A DNA stretch of 64,000 nt, from contig NC_135830.1 in NCBI RefSeq assembly GCF_964213995.1, positions 10,664,001-10,728,000 on the forward strand, written 5' to 3'. This DNA comes from Mustelus asterias (lineage: Eukaryota). Position numbers and translations under genes: made by a program. The notes beneath the pieces were generated by a model. That model searched no databases. It saw only the letters and a list, made by a program, of their open reading frames with translations, and was not told the DNA's origin. Shown here piece after piece: positions 1 through 11,111 of the stretch; position 1 is the first letter of the stretch, and the number at the start of each line of letters is the position of its first letter.

Positions 1-467
1 CTCTGCCCTGCTCTTTTAGCCACTGAATAAACTGATAACATGTGTGATGAGTCAAAATAGGTGTGTCTTCTTTCCTGCTCAGTTTGTCGTGAATTTTCAG
101 CACTTTTGTCTTTTCCTGAATGTATTTTGAGGCTCAAGTAAGAGCCAATGTCATATGATTGTAAGATACTATATTCAGGTAATATTCAATAGTGGATTCA
201 CTGGCGGGAGGTGTGCGGTTTCGAGTCATGTTGTTGACGCTGGATTGATAACGCAGAGAAGCAGGCTGAAGCTTTGGGAACCAGGGTTCGAAATCCAGCA
301 CAGCAGGTTAACTCAATTCAAGGCAAAGTACAATTACTGTAAGTGAGTAGAGAAAAATTTAATGATGCAACATTTCCTCACTAAAACGAATATGTTTTGA
401 CCATGGCTCTGCCGATTTCGAAGCCTCGAACCGATATGTAAAACATTGCTGCATGGTGTTTGGCTGT

Positions 468-540
468 GGGCCAGTGGCGCAATGGATAACGCGTCTAACT
501 ACGGATTAGAAGATTCCAGGTTTGACTCCTGGCTGCCTCG
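468..540 (+). tRNA. tRNA-Arg(ACG), probably pseudogene
   Basis: GGGCCAGTGGCGCAATGGATAACGCGTCTAACTACGGATTAGAAGATTCCAGGTTTGACTCCTGGCTGCCTCG matches vertebrate tRNA-Arg-ACG; T-loop GTTCG>GTTTG and one acceptor-stem mismatch. Confidence 0.85.
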
Positions 541-1039
541 CTGTGATAGTTTAACAGTAGTTCGAAAACTCCATATTCGTGTGGATGAAAAATGTGTTTT
601 CACAAATTTTGGACCAATTCAGAGAAATGTTGAACAAATGCAGTCAGCTTCTCTGAAGAAATTTATCTTAGCTAATTATTTTTCAAAAAAATGTTGACTA
701 TTTTAAGAAAAAAATTTACCGATAAACTTCAATTAAGTTTTTTTTAAAAATAGCTTCTTTAAATGACGAATTCTCGTTAAAGTATTTGGGAAAAATATGT
801 TAGCAAGTTTAAGCTATCTTTTAAAAAGTTGGAAATTTCTCGAAAAATACGTGGAAACATTACATTTTTCAAAATGGTGAAAACATTTTCTAAAAGATTG
901 ATGAACTCTGCGGAAGAATTTCTTTTAAACATGTTTAATTTTAAGAAGCAAAATACACAGAAATGTTTTTTAAAAGTTGAAAATCAGATGGAGGAATTTC
1001 TTTGGAGTAAGCTTAGTTTTGAAAACTTCAAATTAGCCA

Positions 1040-1370
1040 GAAGTTTCTGGTTTGTGATGCTGGGATTGTTGTCCATTGGAGCGAAGGAGATTGAGGAGCG
1101 ATTTAATCGAGGTGGACTAGATCAGGTAAGTTTAGAGGGGGAGGGGCAAATTTTAAGATATTGGGCAAGGCGCGGGCGAAGAAGATTTGGAAGCAACATT
1201 TTTTCCACAGCGAGTGCTCAGGACCTGGAACTCATTGCCTCCGAGAGTGTTGGATGCGGTCAATTTAGGTAATAGAAATTCTGAGGTGGACATGGACCTC
1301 CTGAGAAGTAAGATGCGTCTCAAGGAACATTGTAAGTCAGGTAGATGGATCTCCTCGGTAACATTGAACC
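1040..1370 (+). mobile_element. old CR1 LINE 3' fragment
   Basis: Degenerate LGLLSIG.KE / FFPQRVLRTWNSLP motifs of the CR1 ORF2 C-terminus. Confidence 0.6.
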
Positions 1371-1952
1371 TGAAGATCAACCTGTAGCAGGACACCCCTC
1401 CCCGGCCCCGCCCCCACCCACTGTTGAGATATTTGATAAGAACTCCGCTGATATCAAATACGCGGGCATCAAAATCAAAAAGGGAATTCTGGAACATTGG
1501 TTCTTAGTTGTATATATTTTCAATTTCAAAGAATGTGAAAAAGGATATGCAAAATTTTCAATTTCATATAATGTGAAAAAGGATATGCAAAATATTCAGA
1601 CTGTTGAATGGGAACTCTCGACATTGTTACAAGGACAACATTAACTATTTCCCCTCATTGCCACCATCTCAGAAGCTGTCTTGGCGAAAGGTCCAACATT
1701 GCGGTGAATCCTTGTTTCGGTCCCGCTGTGGGGAAAACAACTTCATTGCTTCGCTGGCCCTGCTCTGACGTAATAAACTGGAGGACAAAGGGTCTGTGAG
1801 CTGATTGGATGAATTGGAGAATCAGGGACATGATTGGACGTTACCAGTTGACTCTTTTGGGAATTAACCAATCGCTGGAGAGACCGGATATACATGTAAA
1901 TATCTTCACCCAAACAATTACAGATTAAACCCATTCTGTTTAATTCCGCAAT

Positions 1953-2162
1953 GGGCGGCACGGTAGCACAGTGGTTCGCACTGCTGCTTCACAGCTATCG
2001 GGACCCGGGTTCGATTCCTGGCTTGGGTCACTGTCTGTGTGGAGTTTGCACATTCTCCTCGTGTCTGCGTGGGTTTCCTCCGGGTGCTCCGGTTTTCCCC
2101 CACAGTCCAAAGATGTGCGGGTTAGGTTGATTGGCCATGCTAAAAAATTGCCCTTAGTGTCC
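1953..2162 (+). mobile_element. HE1-like (V-SINE) tRNA-derived SINE, 3'-truncated
   Basis: GGGCGGCACGGTAGCACAGTGG...GGTTCGATTCC head followed by V-domain TGTGTGGAGTTTGCACATTCTCC...CACAGTCCAAAGATGTG. Confidence 0.9.
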
Positions 2163-2407
2163 TTGTTTCAGCTCTTTTGCCTGGTAAGTCTGCAAGGGAC
2201 ATAAATTTCTTCGTGCAAGCGATGTCGACAGTAATTTAATTCCGCTTTCATGCTGATGATAATGTGATCCGTGTCCTGATGTTATGAGTTACAATAGAAT
2301 GATAATAATATCTTATCTTTCAATATTTCTAAATTTCTGCCGGTGCCACGACTGGAGACTCAATATCAAAGGAGCCGGTTACAGCGATGAATTTTGAATG
2401 GGACTCA

Positions 2408-3008
2408 AAGAACAAAGAACAAAGAAAATTACAGCACAGCAACAGGCCCTTCGGCCTCCAAGCCTGCACCGATCACGCTACCCGACTGAACTAAAACCCC
2501 CTACCCTTCCGGGGACCGTATCCCTCTATTCCTATCCTATTCATGTATTTGTCCGGACTCCCCTTAAAACTCACTATCGTATCTCCTTCCATTCCCTCCC
2601 CCGGCAGGCACCCACCACCCTCTGTGTAAAACACTTGCCTCGTACATCTCCTTTAAACCTTGCCCCTCGCACGTTAAACCTATGCCCCCGAGTAATTGAC
2701 TCTTCCACCCTGGGAAAAAACTTCTGACTATCCACTCTGTCCATGCCCCTCATCAGCTTGTAGACTTCTATCAGGTCGCCCCTCAGTCGATCCAGTGAGA
2801 ACAAACCAAGTTTCTCCAACCTTTCCTCGTAGCTAATGTCCTCCCTGCCAGGCAACATCCTGGTAAGTCTTTTCTGTACCGTCTCCAAAGCCTCAACATC
2901 CTTCTGGTAGTGTGGCGACCAAAATTGAAAACTATATTCCAAGTGCGGCCTAACTAAGGTTCTATAAAGCTGCAATATGACTCACCAATTTTTAAACTCA
3001 ATGGCCCG
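2408..3008 (-). mobile_element. CR1 LINE 3' fragment
   Basis: ORF 2574..2975 LYRTLVRPHLEY..QFWSPHY..LGLFSL..RLRGDLIEVYK; (TTCTTTG)n tail at 2408. Confidence 0.92.
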
Positions 3009-3009
3009 G

Positions 3010-3271
3010 TGACCAATAGGTTAACTGCTCAGCAGCTGTTGCATATTACATTCAATTGTATCGCCAGGACCGGGAGAAGGCTCCCAGCAAAAAGAACGGA
3101 GAAAGCCCCCATCTTCTTGATCTGTATCTCTTATTATGGAGATATTTCCGGTGCAGAGTGTGTGGGCATTCGATTTTCTGCATATATCGAGAGGTCGAAA
3201 AGCAAGGGGAATTTCAGCATGTGTCAGCTGTGATTGTCGGACAGCGCGGTGTATTACTGTGGACTGAGAAA
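3010..3271 (+). pseudogene. TCR alpha/delta-like V gene segment pseudogene (5' part lost at CR1 junction)
   Basis: Reads NCSAAVAYYIQLYRQDREKAP / frameshift / KAPIFLICISYYGDISGAECVGIRFSAYIERSKSKGNFSMCQL*LSDSAVYYCGLR: first Cys, (W>L)YRQ and DSAVYYC motifs; in-frame TGA at 3231. Confidence 0.8.
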
Positions 3272-3310
3272 CGCAGTGACAGAAACCAGAGGGAGCCTGG
3301 TATGAAAAGA
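3272..3310 (+). promoter_or_regulatory. degenerate recombination signal sequence, 23-bp spacer
   Basis: CGCAGTG (CACAGTG variant) + exactly 23 nt + ATGAAAAGA directly after YYCGLR. Confidence 0.7.
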
Positions 3311-3359
3311 AAACACTGCCAGAGTGACAGGGTGACCTCTCCATGAAAATGTTAAGGAA

Positions 3360-3432
3360 TGTTTCGAGCCGGTTTGGAACCAAGAACTTTTCACGTATGA
3401 AGAAAACGTGATAACCACTACTCTACAGAACC
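3360..3432 (-). pseudogene. tRNA-Val pseudogene (array copy 1)
   Basis: Heavily mutated reverse complement of GTTTCCGTAGTGTAGTGGTTATCACG...GAAACA. Confidence 0.75.
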
Positions 3433-4590
3433 AGGTGACACGACGTTACAACAAATCGGCCTGTCGGCAATGTTAAACTGTGCTGTGTTGCTGCAGGTTC
3501 CAATGGTTTGACTGAGAGCCCGTGTCACTTAATTCGGGAAGATAACCGTTACTCTCGATCTGATTGCTCAACTTATCTTAAACTTCAACAATTAAAAGCG
3601 CTCGTCTCGCAAATATCTAAGGGAACAATGATTTCTGCCCATTCATTAATGCATCATTCTCATCTTCCTTCGAAGAATCTCAACCAATTGTACTCAGTAA
3701 TAAAAGCAAATTACTGCGGCGGCTAGATTTGGAAACCAAAAGGGAAAATTCTGGCAAATCTCACAATGTCTGACAGCAGCTGGAAGGAGTCAAAATGGCT
3801 GAGGTTTCGAGTCCCGATGGCACTTCGGCAAAGCTCATTGTACAATTGTACTCAGTATTTGTTTCAATATTTAGTATCAATGCATTATTGAACACACATG
3901 TCTTCATTCTGAATTGAATATCTCAGGAATTGAACATCACTGATTTGCAAACATAACTGAGCAACAGAAGGGATCGAGTCACCTGGTAATACAGATCGCA
4001 ATTTTAAGATTGGACATAGTCAGCTTTTTAAAAGTCAACCACATCTAAATGGGAGGGAGTTAAGAATTATCTGATAGTGACTCTTGAGCAGTTTTTTATT
4101 ATGGGCGTGAAGTATTCAGGCGCATACATTTCGGCCCTTTACAGTGAAGTCCAGTCGATCCGCACTGAGGCTCGATTCCCTCATCTGTCTGAGTGGTTTT
4201 TCCTGTTTCTTAGTGGCGAAAAACGATTTTTAAAAAGAATCTTCTGTGAAATGTGCGCATTTCCTCTAGTTCACTTACAGTATCACTTGTATCTATCTTT
4301 TAGAGCACACACTGCTGTCAGATATTTCAGATGGTGATTAACCATATTAGTCTGGACCTTTAAACCCATTACATTCTGTTGTAGACTGAACGAGATGCGA
4401 ATAAGTGCTCGGTGTCAAAATCGAACTTTCCTGTCAGTGCGTCAAAAAATAGCGTTTCTTATTTCACAGAAAGCATTTGAGGGTCCTGTCAGAGCAATAA
4501 CATGCCTTTCACATCGAGGCTCGGATCATGATGAGCAACAAACTGAAATAAAACAATTTTCCGTAACCCGACATGGGAAAGTTTAATGAA

Positions 4591-4663
4591 TGTTTCTGCC
4601 CGATTTCGAACCGGGAACTTTTCGCGTGTTAGGCGAACATGAAAACCACAACACTACAGAAAC
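4591..4663 (-). pseudogene. tRNA-Val(AAC) pseudogene (copy 2)
   Basis: Anticodon arm TTCGCCTAACACGCGAA intact; A-box/D-arm and T-stem substitutions. Confidence 0.85.
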
Positions 4664-5800
4664 AGCTGGAAACATGCTGAAACAAATCTGCCTGTCTGCA
4701 ATTTTCAACTACGCTGTGTTGCTGCAGGTTTCGATGGTGAGACTGAGAGCCCATGGCACTCAATTCAGGAAGATAACCGTTACTTTCAATCTGATCGTAC
4801 GACTTATCCCGTACATCAAAATTTAAAAGCGTTCGTCTCGCAAATATCTAAGGGAGCAATAATTTCTGCCCATTCGTTAATGCATCATTTTCATCTTTCT
4901 TCGAATAATCTCAATCAATTGTACTCACTAATAAAAGCAAATTACTGCGGATGAGAAAAGAGAAAATGCTGCAAAATCTCACAATGTCTGACAGCACCTG
5001 TAAGGAGTGAAAAGGGCGGACGTTTCGAATCCAGGTGACACTTTATCAAAGCTCATTGGACAATTGTACTCAGTATTTGTTTCACTATTTAGTATCAATG
5101 CATTATTTAACACATATGACTTCATTATGAATTTAATATCTCTGAAATTGAACATCACTGAATTGCAAACATAACTGACCAACAGAACGAAGCGAATCAC
5201 CGGGTAATACAGATCGCACATTTGAGATTGACTCTCGTCAGCTTTTCAACAAAGTCAACTACATTTAAATGGAGGGGAATTAAGAATTATCTGTTCGTGA
5301 CACTTGAGTCTTTTTAATTATGGGCGTGAAACATTCAGGCGCATAAATTCCGGCCCTTTACAGGAAAGTCCAGTAGATCCGCATTGAGTCTCCATTCCCT
5401 CATCTGTCTGAGTGGCTTTTCCTGTTTCTTAGTGACGAAAAACTATTTTTAAAAAGATTCTTCTGTGAAATGTGCGTCATTTCCTCTAGTTCACTTACAG
5501 TATCACTTGTATCTGTCTTTTTGAGCACACACTACTGTCAGATATTTCAGATGGTGATTAACCATATTAGTCTGCACGGATAAACCCATTAAATTCTGTT
5601 GTCGGCTGAACGAGATGCGAATATGTGCTCGGTGTAAAAATCGAACTGTCCTGTCAGTGCGTCAAAAACAAATGGATTCTTATTTCACACAAAGCATTTG
5701 AGAGTGATGCCAGATCAATGATAACATGCCTTTAACATCGGGGTTCGAAAAACGTTGACCAACCAACTGAAGTCAAGCAATTTTCCCTTACCCGATATGA

Positions 5801-7110
5801 ATCCATCATTAAAGAAGAAATAGCAGGCCATCTGGATAAGAATGGTTCAATAAAGCAGACGCAGCATGGATTCATGAGGGGAAAGTCGTGCTTGACGAGC
5901 TTGTTGGATTTTTACGAAGATGTGACTAGTGCGGTTGACGGAGGGGAACCGGTGGATTTCCAAAAGGCGTTTGATAAGGTGCCTCACAAAAGCTTGCTGA
6001 AGAAGATTGGGTCACACGGAGTTGGGGGTAGGGTGTTAGCGTGGATCGGGGATTGGCTATCTGACAGGATGCAGGGAGTCGGTATAAATGGGTGCTTTTC
6101 TGGTTGGCGGATGGTAACTAGTGGCGTGCCGCAGGGATCGGTACCATTTATATAGACGATCTGGAGGAGGGGACTGAGTGTAGGGTAACAAAGTTTGCAG
6201 ACGACACAATGATAAGTGGAAAAGTGAATCGTGTGGAGGGCGTAGAAGGTCTGCAGAGAGATTTGGACAGGCTGAGTGAGTGGGCGAGGATCTGGCAGAT
6301 GGAGTATAATGTTGACAAATGCAAGGTTATTCACTTTGGAGGAAATAATAGCAAATTGGATTATTATCTAAATGGAAAAAAATTACAACATGCTACTGTG
6401 CAAAGGGACCTGGGGGTCCTTGTGCATGAGACACAAAAACCCAGTCTGCAGGTGCAACAGGTGATCAAGATGGTAAAGGGGATGTTGGCCTATATCGCAA
6501 GGGGGATAGAATATAAAAGCAGAGATGTCTTGCTGCATCTGTGCAGGGCATTGTGGGGTCGCAGCTGTGTGCAGTATTGGTCCCCTTATTTGTGGAAGGA
6601 TATATTGGCCTTGGAGGGAGTGCAGGGAAGGTTCAGCAGGTTGCTACCAGATGAGGGGTGTTGATTATGAGGAGAGATTGAGCAGATTGGGTTTGCACTC
6701 GTTGGAATTTAGAAGGCTGAGCGGGGATCTTATAGAGGCCTATAAGATAATGAAGGGGCTGGATAGGGTACAGGTGGAGAGGTTCTTTCCACTTAGAAAG
6801 AAGCGAGAACTGGAGGGCACAGCCTCAAAATAAAGGGGGGTCAGTTTAGGACAGAGTTGAGGAGGAACTTCTTCTCTCGGAGGGTGGTGAATCTCTGGAA
6901 TTCTCTGCCCACTGAAGTGGTGGAGGCTACCTCGTTGAATATGTTTAAATCACGGATAGATGGATTCCTGATCGGTAAGGGAATTAGGGGTTGTAGGGAT
7001 CAGGCGGTTAAGTGGAACGGATCCACTTCAGATCAGCCATGATCTTATTGAATGGCGGGGCAGGTTCGAGGGGCTAGATGGCCTACTCCTGCTCCTGTTT
7101 CTTGTGTTCT
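5801..7110 (+). mobile_element. 5'-truncated CR1 LINE inserted in array unit
   Basis: RT motifs QHGFMRGKSCLT, SGVPQGSV, KFADDT; TTCTTGTGTTCTTATG tail; flanked by TATGA at 5796-5800 and 7111-7115. Confidence 0.95.
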
Positions 7111-7129
7111 TATGAGAAAGCTGAATGAA

Positions 7130-7203
7130 CGTTTCTGCCTGGTTTCGATCCGGGGATTTTTGGCGTGTTAGGCGAACGTGATAACCACTGCACGAACGCA
7201 AAA
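7130..7203 (-). pseudogene. tRNA-Val(AAC) pseudogene (copy 3)
   Basis: Degenerate acceptor stem, AAC anticodon retained. Confidence 0.8.
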
Positions 7204-8347
7204 GCTTAAAGGGCACTGGACCAAATCTGCCTGTCTGCAGTGTTCAACTACGCTGTTTTGCTGCAGGTTCCGATGGTTCGACTGAGAGCCCGTATCACTT
7301 AATTGAGGAAGATAACCGTTATTTTCAATCTGATTGCACGACTTATCCAGAACATCAAAAAATAAAAGAGTTCGTCTCGTAAATATCTAAGGGAGCAATA
7401 ATTTCTGCCCCTTCATTAATGCATCATTTTCATCTTTCATCGAATAATCTCAATCAATTGTACTCAGTAATAAAAGCAAATTACTGCGGATGAGAAAAGA
7501 CCAAATGCTCCAAAATCTCCCAATGTCTGATAGCACCTGTAAGGAGTGAAACGGGTGGACGCTTCGAGTCCAGATGACACTTTATCAAAGCTCATTGTAC
7601 AATTGTACTCAGTATTTGTTTCACTATTTAGTATCAATGCATTATTTAACACATATGTCTTCATTATTAATTGAATATCTCTGAAATTGAACATCACTGA
7701 ATTGCAAACATAACTGACCAACAGAACGAATCGAATAACCGGCTAATACAGATCGCAATTTCGGGATTGATTATCGTCAGCTTTTAAATAAAGTCAACGA
7801 CATTTAAAAGGCGAAGAGTCCAGAATTATCTGTTCGCGACACTTGAGCCTTTTTTATCATGGACGTGAAACATTCAGGCGCATAAATTCCGGCCCTTTAC
7901 ATGAAAGTCCAGTAGATCCGCACTGATTCTCGATTCCCTCATCGGTCTGAGGGGCGTGAAACATTCAGGCACCTAAATATTTTTTTTAAAGAATCTTCTG
8001 TGAAATGTGCTCCATTTCATCTCGTTCACTTACAGTATCAGTTGTAACTTTCTTTTTGAGCACACACTCCCATCAGATATTTCAGATGGTGATTGACCAT
8101 ATTAGTCTGCACCTATAAATCCATAAAGTTCTGTTTTAGACTGAGCGGGATGGGAATAAGTGCTCGGTGTCAAAATCGAACTTTCCTGTCACTGCGTCAA
8201 AAAAGACGTTTCTTAATTCACAGAAAGTAGTTGAGGGTGATGTCAGCGCAATCAAAACATGCCTTTAACATCGAGGCTCGGATAATGATGAGCAACGAAC
8301 TGAAAGCAAGCAATTTTCCCTTACTCGACATGGGAAAGCCTAATGGA

Positions 8348-8420
8348 TGTTTCTGCCCGGTTTCGAACCGGTGACCTTCCGCGTGCTAAGCGAACGCGAT
8401 AACCACTACACTACAGAAAC
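8348..8420 (-). tRNA. tRNA-Val body with AGC anticodon (copy 4), likely non-functional
   Basis: GTTTCTGTAGTGTAGTGGTTATCGCGTTCGCTTAGCACGCGGAAGGTCACCGGTTCGAAACCGGGCAGAAACA; stems mostly pair, A/B boxes intact. Confidence 0.75.
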
Positions 8421-9571
8421 AGCTTGAAGGGCATTTCAGCAAATCTGCCTGTCTGCAATGTTCAACTACGCTGTGTTGCTGCAGGTTCCGATGGTGAGAC
8501 TGAGAGCCCTTGGCACTCAATTCAGGAAGATAACCGTTACTTTCAATCTGATTGCACGACGTATCCCGAACATCAAAAGTTAAAAGCGTTCGTCTCGCAA
8601 ATATCTAAGGGAGCAATGATTTCTGCCCATTCATTAATGCATCATTTTCATCTTTCTTCGAATAATCTCAATCAATTGTACTCAGTAATAAAAGCAAATT
8701 ACTGCGGATAAAAAAAGAGAAAATGCTGCAAAATCTCACAATGTCTGACAGCACCTGTAAGGGGTGAAAAGGGCGGACGTTTCGAGTCCAGATGACACTT
8801 TATCCAAGCTCATTGTACAATTGTACTCAGTATTTGTTACACTATTTAGTATCAATGAATTATTTAACACATATGTCTTCATCATTAATTGAATATCTCT
8901 GAAATTGAACATCACTGAATTGCAAACATAACTGTCCAACAGAACGAAGCGAATCACCGGGTAATACAGATCGCAATTTTGAGATTGACTATCGTCAGCT
9001 TTTAAACAAAGTAAACTCCAAATAAATGGAGAAAAATCGAGAATTATCTGTTCATGACATTTGAGCCTTTTCTTTTAGGGGCGTGAAACATTCAGGCGCA
9101 TAAATTCCGGCCCATTTAGCAACGTCCAATCGATCCGCACTGACACTCGATTCCCTCATCTGTCTGAGTGACTTTTCCCGTTTCTCAGTGACGAAAAACG
9201 ATTTTTAAAAAAAGATTCTTCCGTGAAATGTGCGCCATTTCCTCTCGTTCACTTACAGTATCACTTGTATCTTTCTTTTTGAGCACACACTACTGTCAGA
9301 TATTTCAGATGGTGATTAACCATATTAGTCTGCACGGATAAACCCATTAAATTATGTTGTAGACTGAACGAGATGCGAATAAGTGCTCGGTGTCAAAATC
9401 GAACTTTCCTGTCAGTGCGTCAAAAAAAAGAGTTTCATAATTCACAAAACGCATTTGAGGGTGATGTCAGAGCAATGATAACATGCCTTTCACATCGAGG
9501 CTCGGAAAACGATAAGCAACAAACTGAAATCAAGCAATTTTACCTTACCCGACGTAGCAAAGCTTAATGAA

Positions 9572-9644
9572 TGTTTCCGCCCGGTTTCGAACCGAGAACT
9601 TTTCGCGTGTGAGGCGAGCGTGATAACCACTACACTGCAGAAAC
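9572..9644 (-). pseudogene. tRNA-Val(CAC) pseudogene or variant (copy 5)
   Basis: CGCCTCACACGCG anticodon arm; U8>C and stem substitutions. Confidence 0.8.
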
Positions 9645-10128
9645 AGCTTGAGGCACCGGGAGCAAACCTGTCTGTCTGCAATGTCCAAAGACGCTGTGTT
9701 GCTGCAGGTTCGGATGGTTGGACTGAGAACCCAGGGCACTTAATTTTGTTCCACTGGAGCAAGCTGAGAGGGAGTGATTGGAGGCAGCAGTGCTGGTGAG
9801 AGATTAATTGAATTGTTTGTTTATTTAATGAGTCAGCTAGTGTGTGTTTTTTTTTGGCCTTTACTTTTGCAGTAGTATTTTAAGTTTAAAGTGAAAACTG
9901 GAAGTGGGCTGCTAAGGAGTCTGGGAAGGGTTTTTTAAGCGCGTGAAGTATAAAAGGTAGGCTGCAGTATAGAGTGGGCAGCGTCGGGAGCGGGCAGCGT
10001 AGTGAGTGGGAAGCAGAGTGTGAGCTATAAGGCTTTGGCTCACAGGGCTTAGGCAGAAAGGGCGAGCAGGGGTGAGTTTAATTCATTTTTGCTGTTTCTA
10101 CCTGGTACTGGCAAGGTATCTAGAGGGG

Positions 10129-11052
10129 ATGGGTGTGCAGACAGTGCTATATTCCTCTTGCACTATGTTTGAGGTGAGGGACGACGACGGTGTCCCTGCT
10201 GATTACATCTGTGGGAAGTGCACCCATCTGCAGCTCCTCCAAAACCGTGCTAGGGAACTGGAGCTGGAGTTGGATGAACTTAGGATCATCAGGGACGCAG
10301 AGGTGGCCATAGACAGAAGCTTTAGGAATACAGTCACTCCGCGGAATGAAAACAGATGGGTGACTGTGAGGGGGGCTGGGAGGAAGCAGTCCGTGCAGGG
10401 ATCCCCGGTGGTCGTTCCCCTTAGCAACAAGTATTCCACTTTGGATACAGTTGAGGGGGATGACATACCAGTGGTGAGCTGCAGTGAGAGGATCTCCAGC
10501 ACTGTGTCCGTCTCTGTGGCTCGGGAGGGTAAGGGGCAGAGCGGGAGGGCAATAGTTATTGGGGACTCGTTAGTTAGAGGGATAGATAGGAGGTTCTGTG
10601 GCAGCAAAAGAGACTCACGGATGGTATGTTGCCTACCAGATGCCAAGGTCCGTGACGTCTCAGACCGTGTTTTCCGGATTCTGAAGGGGGAGGGGAAACA
10701 GTCACAAGTCGTGGTACACATTGGTACCAATGACATAGGTAAGAGAAGGGACAGGGATTTAAAGCAGGAATTTCTGGAGCTGGGCTGGAAGCTGAGAGCC
10801 AAGACAAAACATGTGGTCATCTCTGGTACATTGCCGGTGCCACGTGATAGCTAGTTGAGGAACAGGGAGAGTGCAGTTAAACATGTGGTTGCAGGGATGG
10901 TGTAGGAGGGAGGGTTTCAGGTACGTGGATAATTGGAACACATTCTGGGGAAGGTGGAACCTGTACAAACAGGACGGGGTGCACCTGAACCAGAGGGGCA
11001 CCAATATCCTAGGAGGGAAATTTGTGACGGCTCTTCAGGGGGGTTAAACTAA
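10129..11052 (+). pseudogene. CR1 ORF1 (Cys-rich N-terminus, coiled coil, SGNH/esterase-like domain), disrupted
   Basis: YICGKC, LELELDEL, IVIGDSLVRG, VVHIGTND; premature stop at 10852. Confidence 0.9.
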
Positions 11053-11111
11053 TTTGTCAGGGGAGTGGGAAAAGGAGTTGTAGTCCAGAAGTTAGTGAGG
11101 GTGGTGAGGTA

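Noticed and set aside
225-400. Possible tRNA or SINE head (GGGTTCGAAATCC)
   Set aside because: Too degenerate to fold or assign; probably an old SINE remnant
1531-1595. Direct repeat AATGTGAAAAAGGATATGCAAAAT x2
   Set aside because: Simple local slippage, no further structure
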